Shown in pieces: positions 36,066 through 43,363 of a DNA stretch of 64,000 bases (positions are counted from its first letter, which is position 1; each line of letters opens with the position of its first letter). Position numbers and translations under genes: made by a program. This stretch comes from a virus (Duplodnaviria > Caudoviricetes), in IMG/VR virus record IMGVR_UViG_3300037195_001552, positions 697-64,696 of that record. One strand, 5' to 3'. A model generated the notes under the pieces. It had not been told where the DNA came from and ran no database searches. It saw only the letters and a program-made list of their open reading frames with translations.

Positions 36066-36349
36066 CTATCATACTCCATGTTATCGGGAAGACGGAGGTA
36101 ATGGTAGTCGTGGGGGCCTATTTCCGGGACGGTTTGGATACCGTGGTCGCGGAGCAAGGCTGCGGCCATATCGGGGAACAGGCTGGTGTCATCGGTATCC
36201 GTGGGAAAAAGAATGTACCCGGCGCGGTTCATCCGCTCATGCAAGGCTGGCATTTGCCGATGGTTAGTGAGTAAATAACCCGGCATAGAGATATCCAAGG
36301 GCAGCAAATCGCCGTTGGGGTCTTGGGGTATGGCGATGAAGTGGGTCAT
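36062..36349 (-). CDS. hypothetical protein (paralog of 36346-36672)
   Basis: Shared IAIP...L.ERMNRAGY...D..T...D..I.T motif. Confidence 0.6.
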   Translation of the reverse strand: MTHFIAIPQDPNGDLLPLDISMPGYLLTNHRQMPALHERMNRAGYILFPTDTDDTSLFPDMAAALLRDHGIQTVPEIGPHDYHYLRLPDNMEYDR

Positions 36350-36672
36350 ACGAGGCACTCCGTAAAGGCTTCGGGGGATTCGCCAGCACCGATAAAGCGC
36401 AGGTGGTGCCAGCCTGTGTCGTGGTCGTAAACGGGGGCTGTGCGGATGCTGTGATCGTCCCACAGGTCGTTGATAGTGGCGAGCAGTTTGTGGGTGTCGT
36501 TGGTGGAGGTTTCGGCGAGGGAATACCCGGCGCGGTTCATCCGCTCGCGGAGAATTGGTTCCTCGCGGGGGAGCTCAGGCCACAGGGCGTCGGCCGTGAC
36601 CAATAGTGGGGGGAGGGGGGTGTTGTCCGGATAGCCGTGGGGGATGGCGATGTACTGGGTGAGAATGGGCAT
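36346..36672 (-). CDS. hypothetical protein (paralog of 36062-36349)
   Basis: YIAIPHG...LRERMNRAGY. Confidence 0.6.
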   Translation of the reverse strand: MPILTQYIAIPHGYPDNTPLPPLLVTADALWPELPREEPILRERMNRAGYSLAETSTNDTHKLLATINDLWDDHSIRTAPVYDHDTGWHHLRFIGAGESPEAFTECLV

Positions 36673-36675
36673 GGG

Positions 36676-36927
36676 TCACAGCTCCTGGAGATGTTCGGTG
36701 ATGATGTACTTGGCCTTGTTGATGAACTGCCGTGCAGACTCCAGGCTGGCTGGGGTCTGCATTGCCTGGAGCTCCTGGGCATCCGACAACAGGGACATGG
36801 CCATCATGCGGGGGCCGCTGATGGCGGAGGCTACGGCGTTGTCGATGTCGGCGGAAGTGCAGCCGAACATGGATGTTTGGGCTGCGGCTCGCTCGGCGGG
36901 GGTGTAGGACATGGCGATGGGCTCCAA
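36676..36927 (-). CDS. hypothetical protein
   Basis: MFGC...MSLLSDAQEL...ARQFINKAKYII. Confidence 0.6.
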   Translation of the reverse strand: MEPIAMSYTPAERAAAQTSMFGCTSADIDNAVASAISGPRMMAMSLLSDAQELQAMQTPASLESARQFINKAKYIITEHLQEL

Positions 36928-36954
36928 TGTTTGTTGAGAATAGGTTACTGTTTA

Positions 36955-36990
36955 CATGGTAGCCCATAGGGGCGGGCGGAGGTAGTGGAT
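36955..36990 (-). promoter_or_regulatory. AATACC-class promoter 4 (variant ACTACC)
   Basis: Minus strand ATCCACTACC-19 nt-TACCAT. Confidence 0.55.
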
Positions 36991-37001
36991 ATTGGGGGTA
37001 G

Positions 37002-37250
37002 TCAGGAGGTGCGCCAAATGCGGACGCCCGTGGGGGCATCGCGGGTTATGCGGGTGACGAACTTTTTATTGACGTGCTGACGTCCTATTGTGGCCAGACG
37101 GTTTTGCATTTTGTTGAGTTCGTCGGCAGGGGCCGGGACAAAGAAACTGTCACCGGGCTGGAGCTCGGCGAGGGGATACTTGTGCTTACGTGGCCGACCC
37201 CGCCTGGGAGGCGGGACCGGCACGTTGCTTTCTATCTTGTAAGTGGTCAC
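37002..37250 (-). CDS. small basic putative DNA-binding protein
   Basis: YKIESNVPVP...RGRP...KYPLAELQPGDSFFVP...GVRIWRT. Confidence 0.7.
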   Translation of the reverse strand: MTTYKIESNVPVPPPRRGRPRKHKYPLAELQPGDSFFVPAPADELNKMQNRLATIGRQHVNKKFVTRITRDAPTGVRIWRTS

Positions 37251-37558
37251 GATGCGGGGACCATGACGTTAAAGTAGGTGTTGAGTACCTTGTGGATAAG
37301 GTCGTTATCCGACCGGCAAAGGGTGGGAATATACTCGCCCGTGTGCATAAAGGCGATTTCCTCCGGCACCATGTAGTCTAACGTACCCTCCAGATTGTGG
37401 AGGTCGTCGACGGTGGGGTAGTCGGAGGGATAGGGCCAGTGGTTGCAGACAACCCGTGCGACATATTGCTGGGTGGTCATGGCCGTGTCGTGGACACCGT
37501 TGTCCAGGGCGATTTCCTGGAAGGCGATGTCAATGTTGGGAAACTCAGGGTGTGTCAT
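37247..37558 (-). CDS. hypothetical protein
   Basis: GGAG RBS; coupled. Confidence 0.5.
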   Translation of the reverse strand: MTHPEFPNIDIAFQEIALDNGVHDTAMTTQQYVARVVCNHWPYPSDYPTVDDLHNLEGTLDYMVPEEIAFMHTGEYIPTLCRSDNDLIHKVLNTYFNVMVPAS

Positions 37559-37644
37559 GGTAGCTCCAATCAATGGTTGTTGTACTAGGGTGGGGGGTTA
37601 AGTCCCCGCCCGCTAGATGCGAGCGGGGGAGGGTTGGGTGGAGG

Positions 37645-38034
37645 TTACGGGGTGGCGGACCAAGCGATGATCCGCACCGGGGCGGAATCGGCCGGGTTGT
37701 CTATGATAACGGGGCCGCTGTGGTCGTGGGGGATTTGATCAAGCGTTTGGACCAGGAGCAACTTGCCGTTGTCCACATCCTCGTTGATGGTGAGCCAGTC
37801 CGGCCAAAAGCCAAAGTTGTTGGGATCGTTGGGGTGGACACCGAAGTACTGATAAGGTGCCGCCGTGTCGTGGAGAGCCATAATGAGCTCGTTGATATAG
37901 TCGCAGGGATCCTCAGGCATTGGTGTGGGAGGGGTGGGGGTGGTGTGAGCTCGGGCGGCGAGTTCCTTGGTGGCGATGGCGATGAACTCCTCGTCCGGTG
38001 TGGTGGAGGAAAGAAGGTGTCCTTGGGTTATCAT
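37645..38034 (-). CDS. hypothetical protein (paralog of 35432-35893), first leftward gene
   Basis: AAAGGAG RBS; PYQYFGVHPNDPNNFGFWPDW. Confidence 0.6.
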   Translation of the reverse strand: MITQGHLLSSTTPDEEFIAIATKELAARAHTTPTPPTPMPEDPCDYINELIMALHDTAAPYQYFGVHPNDPNNFGFWPDWLTINEDVDNGKLLLVQTLDQIPHDHSGPVIIDNPADSAPVRIIAWSATP

Positions 38035-38066
38035 GGTAGCTCCTTTGTCGTTAGGTTGGCATTAGT

Positions 38067-38098
38067 ATATGGTAGCCCATGGGGTTTTTGGATTGCAA
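38067..38098 (-). promoter_or_regulatory. sigma70-like promoter heading the leftward block
   Basis: Minus strand TTGCAA-18 nt-TACCAT, with CCATGGGC just upstream of the -10. Confidence 0.6.
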
Positions 38099-38230
38099 AT
38101 GGATAATTAAGGGTGAGTAATAACAATGGGTTAGGGGGAGGGATTTGTACAGGGGGAGGGGGACGGTCACTGTTTTTACAGGATTTATTGGATCAGGCGA
38201 AAAAACGGATTCAAGGGCGTTTAATGCTAT

Positions 38231-38460
38231 CTAATACTCGGCAATACCGTTTTTCCCATCGCAAAGCGTTGCTGAGCGCGGGTTGGTGACAAAAGGTATT
38301 AGAGTATTGCTAGTATTGTTTTTTGACAGTATTTAGATTGATTCGAGAAATCTCCAGAGGCGTAAAATAGCAATACTCTAATACCTTGAATTCATAAGTC
38401 AGGGAGGGTAAGACATTGGATGTTTCAAAATCGTATTAGAAAGTTTTACCGAGGTATTAG
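38231..38460. repeat. AATAC(C/T) repeat locus 2
   Basis: 26-mer at 38362-38387 and 19-mer at 38429-38447 are identical to locus 1, at the same 67-nt spacing; an inverted 20-mer copy lies at 38293-38312. Confidence 0.9.
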
Positions 38461-38611
38461 TAACGAGAAAAAAATTGTTTGTTTACGAGTTGGATTCAAA
38501 AGGCAAGATATAAGTGTCTGTTGTTCAGGGGATATAATTTATTTACGCTACGCGAGGTCCGGTGGCGGACGGACGTGGACGTAAATATTATTTACGTGAA
38601 AGGAGGGAGTC

Positions 38612-39079
38612 GTGAAGATATTGGACGGCGTGGAGAAGGGGCTCGTCAACGGGAAAGGGAGGGCGGTGAGTCGGACGTTGTTGGAGGAAACCCTCCACGA
38701 GCTGGAGGGCGATATAGCCAGCGTCGCCGACCGCCTCGGCCTCGATTATATTCCCCTGAATCATCACATTTACAAAGACTATCGCCTCCGGGATATCTGC
38801 CTCGGCTATCGTCAGTCGTTAGTGGACATGGCCGAGGGAGTAGTTCGCGGCGAACTTCGTCAAAGGAGTTTCAAGGCAGCAAAGTTTGTCTTATCAACAT
38901 TGGGAAAAGACCGAGGCTATGTACCGAAAACAGAATCCCAATCAACACAGATAGTCCATAAGACAGAGTCCAAAATGGATCTGACAAAGCTCTCGCCCGA
39001 AAAACTACGCCAGCTACGCGGTCTCGTAGAGGAAGCGAACCAGGAGCCGGTGACGATCGACCAGATCCCCGACGAATAG
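38612..39079 (+). CDS. terS: terminase small subunit (putative)
   Basis: N-terminal HTH-like segment, AAKFVLSTLGKDRGY motif and DLTKLSPEKLRQL tail; AAGGAGG RBS. Confidence 0.65.
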   Translation: MKILDGVEKGLVNGKGRAVSRTLLEETLHELEGDIASVADRLGLDYIPLNHHIYKDYRLRDICLGYRQSLVDMAEGVVRGELRQRSFKAAKFVLSTLGKDRGYVPKTESQSTQIVHKTESKMDLTKLSPEKLRQLRGLVEEANQEPVTIDQIPDE

Positions 39080-39086
39080 CCGACCA

Positions 39087-39114
39087 TCTCAAGATTCGAC
39101 AAGCGCGCATAATA
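39087..39114 (+). repeat. 28-bp direct repeat, copy 1 (copy 2 at 40122-40149)
   Basis: TCTCAAGATTCGACAAGCGCGCATAATA is exact in both copies and heads each ~1-kb duplicated unit. Confidence 0.9.
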
Positions 39115-39332
39115 ATCTAGGGATGATGGATTATCTTTTCAGAGACACCGGTCACGATCACTCTCACGTGTCCATAGAATGTCGCTCGGCAACCATGGAT
39201 TGTCGTTGTCACTCTCTCTTCTTCTCTTCCCTCAGGATTATGCCATAATCCTGACCGGATCATCTCCCCCCCACGCTACGAGAGACATGGGCCGTTACTG
39301 GCACAATCGTCAGGATTTTGGCCATTATCCCG

Positions 39333-39361
39333 TTGCCATGACGCTTGCCATGGGGTACCAT
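39333..39361 (+). promoter_or_regulatory. sigma70-like promoter of paralog A
   Basis: TTGCCA-17 nt-TACCAT. Confidence 0.65.
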
Positions 39362-39412
39362 GGTTACAGTTACATTGCAGTGATGTAACAGCCATGAGAA
39401 AGGATTAATGAC

Positions 39413-39790
39413 ATGGCATCCAAGACCCAAAAGACCGAGACCCCCGCCCCTGCCGTCCGCGCGACGGATCTTACCGCCTGCAAGATCGTGGTCAAGGACC
39501 CCAAGGCGTCCGCCGCCCTGGTGGACCGTCACAGCCGGGCGCGCACCGCGAGAAACCAGCGGTGGCACATCCTGGTCAGCATGGACGGCAAGACCATTGC
39601 CGACTACTACAAGGCGGCGAGGGAGGCTGGCGTCCCGGTCTCGGCCAACAATCCCATCCGGGCCGCGTCCTTGGGGATCATCGGCTTGGTCACCGCGTCG
39701 GGTGACGACTGGACCAAGGCCAATACGGCGGCTGTCCTGAAACACGCACCCGCCGCTGTCCGCAAGCAGTTGGCTGCGTCCGCCAAGTAG
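39413..39790 (+). CDS. small basic protein, paralog A (normal codon usage)
   Basis: 125 aa; AGAAAGG RBS; aligns along its length with 40388-40714. Confidence 0.8.
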   Translation: MASKTQKTETPAPAVRATDLTACKIVVKDPKASAALVDRHSRARTARNQRWHILVSMDGKTIADYYKAAREAGVPVSANNPIRAASLGIIGLVTASGDDWTKANTAAVLKHAPAAVRKQLAASAK

Positions 39791-39802
39791 CCTATCAACC
39801 AC

Positions 39803-39834
39803 GGCCAGGGTCTTCGGACCCTGGCCATCTTTTT
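39803..39834 (+). terminator. intrinsic terminator
   Basis: 10-bp stem GGCCAGGGTC/GACCCTGGCC, UUCG loop, then ATCTTTTT. Confidence 0.8.
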
Positions 39835-39842
39835 GGAGAAGT

Positions 39843-40049
39843 GTGATGAAGCACTCCCGCAAGCCCGGTGTCTTGAGTAAGGACGGCACACCCTACGCGC
39901 CTTCGTCACTGTTCGTCGTTAATAAAGACGGATGGCAGACTCCTTATAACTATACTCCGCAATCTGTCCTTGCCGCGTTTTTGAGCGACAAGGTCGTGAA
40001 GATTATTCTTACGACGGAGGACAATGTGGAGCACACCGTCGTGAAGTAG
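39843..40049 (+). CDS. small hypothetical protein
   Basis: GGAG RBS; bounded by two terminators. Confidence 0.5.
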   Translation: MMKHSRKPGVLSKDGTPYAPSSLFVVNKDGWQTPYNYTPQSVLAAFLSDKVVKIILTTEDNVEHTVVK

Positions 40050-40058
40050 TTTGTCATG

Positions 40059-40088
40059 AGCCCCGCTGTCTATGGACGGCGGGGTTTT
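40059..40088 (+). terminator. intrinsic terminator
   Basis: AGCCCCGCTGTC-TATG-GACGGCGGGGTT followed by TT. Confidence 0.65.
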
Positions 40089-40121
40089 GATTTGCCTAGA
40101 CTGCCGATGAATCGCCGATGG

Positions 40122-40149
40122 TCTCAAGATTCGACAAGCGCGCATAATA
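40122..40149 (+). repeat. 28-bp direct repeat, copy 2
   Basis: Exact match to 39087-39114. Confidence 0.9.
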
Positions 40150-40312
40150 TTCGCATGAGGACGAGAGACGATCGGTCGTCTTCCGATCACGACTACGATA
40201 CACATATCAATGGATCCACCGCCAGCCGCCGGTGTCCGGATTTTAGCATAATCCTGACGCGGACGCTTGCCGCCGGGCAAAAGGTGACGTCCTAATTTTC
40301 GCTGCTATTTTG

Positions 40313-40341
40313 TTGCCATGCCGGGTGCCATGGGCTAACAT
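40313..40341 (+). promoter_or_regulatory. sigma70-like promoter of paralog B
   Basis: TTGCCA-17 nt-TAACAT, entirely inside the GA/TC-free island. Confidence 0.65.
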
Positions 40342-40387
40342 GTACGTACATTGCATATGGCAATGCACACAAGCAAAGGGTAAGCAC

Positions 40388-40714
40388 ATGTTTAACACAT
40401 GCAAAATTACTACCAACAAAAACACGGTTGCCACGTTGGCGGCTGCCGCACGGCCCGGCACGGCCCGTGCCCAGCGGTGGGCCATACTGGCCACTATGGG
40501 CGGCCAAACGGTAGCCGCCTACTACGCCAAGTGCCGGGCGGCGGGTTGCCCGGTAAGTAGTAATAACCCCATACGCGCTGCCGCGCTGGGGGCCATAACG
40601 CTAACCTTGCCCAACGGCACCAATTGGGCAACGGCCAACCCGGCCACGCTGGCCAAACATGCCCCGGCCAGCATACGTAAGGCCATGCTGGCCAAGGCGG
40701 CTGCGGCCAAGTAG
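40388..40714 (+). CDS. small basic protein, paralog B (GA/TC-free, no Asp/Glu)
   Basis: 108 aa from MFNTCK; RBS AAAGGG; TAG stop; homologous to 39413-39790. Confidence 0.8.
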   Translation: MFNTCKITTNKNTVATLAAAARPGTARAQRWAILATMGGQTVAAYYAKCRAAGCPVSSNNPIRAAALGAITLTLPNGTNWATANPATLAKHAPASIRKAMLAKAAAAK

Positions 40715-40722
40715 CCGGGCCA

Positions 40723-40774
40723 GCCGGGCCGGGGGCGCGGTGCCCCCGGCCCGGCACCCCCAAAAAAATTTTGG
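40723..40774. other. 14-bp perfect GC hairpin followed by C5-A7-T4 tract
   Basis: GCCGGGCCGGGGGC-GCGGT-GCCCCCGGCCCGGC, then ACCCCCAAAAAAATTTTGG. Confidence 0.8.
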
Positions 40775-40887
40775 AGATACTTAACTAACTTTTGCATGGC
40801 CGGAATCCCAGAACTTTCGCCCTTGCATCTCCGCCCACCTCCCCCTACCCTTACCCCCTATTCGATCTTCGAAAAACGAAAGATCAC

Positions 40888-41625
40888 ATGTCCGCACTCG
40901 ATAAGATCATTCGTCAACTTCCTTTTGAAAAGCTTCTCAAGCTTTTTAAGTCCACCTCTCGTGGACGAGGCGCCCTTTCCAATCTTTCTCCTGAAGGTAT
41001 CAATTCACTTCGAACCCGATCTCCCAATGAAAGGACAGCACTCAGTACTCCTCGAGAATTCTTGAATCTCGCATACCCTGTTGAAAAATGGAGTTCGCCT
41101 GAAGATAGATTCCTGATAGATCAAATTAAAGACAATTGGGATCAAGGGCTTAATAATATTCCCATACTGGGAATTGAACGATTCCCCATGTCCCATATTA
41201 CAGATCCTTTCATACGCGAACTCTCAAAAGATATCTCACAATATGAAGATGCTTTTGAAATGACAGCAACTGAATCTAACCGTCATCTATTTGATTTAAA
41301 TCTTCGAAAAATGTTTGACAAACGTCGTCAATATCAAGAAAAAGCGTATGAGTCGGATATAGCAGCGGTGACTGGACATGAGGGGCGACATAGGGCAAAA
41401 CTAGTGGCCGAAGAGTACGGTGAAGATTTTCCTTTTATCTTTAATCTTTCCGATGATTTAAATTCCCCCGTATTTTATGACGATAAACTTCTTCCTGTTC
41501 CTCGCATACTCTACGATGAATCATTACCAGCAGACTTTGATCCTTTCAATCTTCCTCTCCCACGAAACATGCCCGATATTCTCGGCGCCCTCCCACGCCC
41601 CACCGACAAGCGCAAGTTCGCCTAA
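40888..41625 (+). CDS. ParB/Srx-like domain protein, array member 1
   Basis: MSALDKIIR start, PREFLNLAYP, IPILG, GHEGRHRA. Confidence 0.6.
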   Translation: MSALDKIIRQLPFEKLLKLFKSTSRGRGALSNLSPEGINSLRTRSPNERTALSTPREFLNLAYPVEKWSSPEDRFLIDQIKDNWDQGLNNIPILGIERFPMSHITDPFIRELSKDISQYEDAFEMTATESNRHLFDLNLRKMFDKRRQYQEKAYESDIAAVTGHEGRHRAKLVAEEYGEDFPFIFNLSDDLNSPVFYDDKLLPVPRILYDESLPADFDPFNLPLPRNMPDILGALPRPTDKRKFA

Positions 41626-41627
41626 CC

Positions 41628-42266
41628 ATGCCCGCCCTTGACAAATTAATTAGACGACTCGCTTCTTCAGAAGTTCTCGAAAAACTTTTGTCCACGCCCC
41701 GTGGCCGACAGGCGCTCTCACTTCTTGATCCACAAGCTCATCAAAATATTCTTCGCCGGGATCCCTATTCCATGCACGCGATTTCATCTCCTCGAGAATT
41801 CCTCGATCTAGCGTATCCCGTCAAGGATTGGAATCACCCCGAGGAAATCGCAAAGATCAAAGCTATCCGTGATAACTGGGGGGCTGGACTTCGTGAAATT
41901 CCCTTCCTCGCTACTCAACGTCACAAAGAATATATGCGAGATACTTTTGATGATCTTGACTACGAAGTATACCCCCCGTCTTTTCTAAAATGGTTGGATA
42001 CCCCACGAAACATGCCTCTTATCGATGATCACCAGGGCAGGCACCGCGCGAAATTGATAGAGCAACAGTACGGCCCTGAACATCCTTTTCTTATTGAGTT
42101 AGAATTAGGTGAAGATGTTTTTTCAAATCCCCAAACCAGGATTTTTCCTGAAAATTATCTAGATCGTATAATTGATTTCCCAGACAAAGATCCCACCCGT
42201 CCCCCTCTCAAGGATATCCTCGGCACTCTCCCTCCCTCCTCCGCTGCCCTAACCGATGTAGCCTGA
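41628..42266 (+). CDS. ParB/Srx-like domain protein, array member 2
   Basis: MPALDKLIR start, PREFLDLAYP, IPFL, DHQGRHRA. Confidence 0.6.
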   Translation: MPALDKLIRRLASSEVLEKLLSTPRGRQALSLLDPQAHQNILRRDPYSMHAISSPREFLDLAYPVKDWNHPEEIAKIKAIRDNWGAGLREIPFLATQRHKEYMRDTFDDLDYEVYPPSFLKWLDTPRNMPLIDDHQGRHRAKLIEQQYGPEHPFLIELELGEDVFSNPQTRIFPENYLDRIIDFPDKDPTRPPLKDILGTLPPSSAALTDVA

Positions 42267-42652
42267 TGCCCGCCCTTGATAAACTTCTTCGTTTACCCCA
42301 AGTTCGAAGGGCCATTGAACGATTGCTCATTGATCCCCCTTCTAATCGCAATCGATATGCGGGAGGTTCGCTAGATTCCAACATATTGTCATTCCATGAA
42401 GATCCCCCGCTTCCCCGACAACGTGCTCCAAAGCTGGGATCTTTTACTCGAGAACTCAAACGAAACTATTCTTCGCCCTTTATGGTTGATAAATCATCCT
42501 CGCCTCCTTCCCCGGCTATGATACAACGGGCGATTGACTTCTCAGATCCGTATATCTTCTATCACGACCGTCCACGACTTCTCGATCTTCCCTCTGACAC
42601 CAATATATCCGATATACTCCCGAATTGGGAAGAATGGCTGAAATCCCAGTGA
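42266..42652 (+). CDS. array member 3 (shares MPALDKL N-terminus, different interior)
   Basis: MPALDKLLR start and a C-terminal SDIL motif like members 1 and 2. Confidence 0.6.
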   Translation: MPALDKLLRLPQVRRAIERLLIDPPSNRNRYAGGSLDSNILSFHEDPPLPRQRAPKLGSFTRELKRNYSSPFMVDKSSSPPSPAMIQRAIDFSDPYIFYHDRPRLLDLPSDTNISDILPNWEEWLKSQ

Positions 42653-43347
42653 CCGTTCTTCCCGGCCCCAACACTCGCCCTTCCCACCCCAGCCCTTTTC
42701 AACTGACTGGACTTTATCGGAAACTTCTCACGGAACTTCCCGCACCGGTCCTTGACACTATTCGAAAAATTATGATTCAACTTGAAAAGGATGCGTTGAA
42801 AAAACGTTCTCCCAGTCTCGAACACATGGGATTCGGTGTTTCTCGCCCCAGCTTCCCCGAACCCCTAGGAATTCAGCGAGGAGCTCCCGGCCAAGTTCAA
42901 ATCCCCGATGAATCTGAAGCTATGGAGTTTCTCACCACCCCCTTTGACCCTGAAACCAGACTTTTCACTGTTCATCCTCATTCAGACATCATGCGAAACG
43001 CAGAGACAAAAGAACTCTTTGAAAACCCGCTCCATGAGTTTTTCTCACCTAGCGATCTTCAGTTCATGGAACACCCCCAACTTCCGAATAGGTTCAACAC
43101 AGAACATTTCAAGTTCAAAGGGCGTGCGCTACCTGAAGTTTCCCCTGGGGATCCCACTATTCGATCATATCGTCCGAAGTATCCGGGCCGTAATCGCCGA
43201 GAACTCGTCGAGAATCTTTTCCCCGAAGGCCGCTGGCTAGATGAACTGGACTATGGTATACCGATCACTTCAGATCCCACCGCTATCGCCAAGCGATGGG
43301 AAGATCTAGCCAAAGACGATTGGTTTGATTATACGATCTTTGAATAA
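42634..43347 (+). CDS. JAB/MPN-like protein, array member 4
   Basis: EHMGFG...FTVHPH...FSPSD; C-terminal DDWFDYTIFE. Confidence 0.55.
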   Translation: MAEIPVTVLPGPNTRPSHPSPFQLTGLYRKLLTELPAPVLDTIRKIMIQLEKDALKKRSPSLEHMGFGVSRPSFPEPLGIQRGAPGQVQIPDESEAMEFLTTPFDPETRLFTVHPHSDIMRNAETKELFENPLHEFFSPSDLQFMEHPQLPNRFNTEHFKFKGRALPEVSPGDPTIRSYRPKYPGRNRRELVENLFPEGRWLDELDYGIPITSDPTAIAKRWEDLAKDDWFDYTIFE

Positions 43348-43363
43348 GGTTAGGAGCTCTCCC

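Larger units (their letters stand above)
40300..40774. other. 475-bp island with zero GA/TC dinucleotides
   Basis: Read base by base: the last TC is at 40299-40300 and the next GA is at 40774-40775, with none in between. Confidence 0.95.

Noticed and set aside
40300-40774. 7-deazaguanine (DpdA, GA-motif) modification as the cause of the island
   Set aside because: I recognise no DpdA, FolE, QueD, QueE or QueC genes in this window. It is not fully excluded if the genome extends beyond the window.
40300-40774. Low-complexity or Ala-rich composition explaining the GA/TC absence
   Set aside because: All four bases are well represented, the absence extends through about 150 nt of non-coding DNA, and the Ala-rich paralog A has many GA/TC steps.
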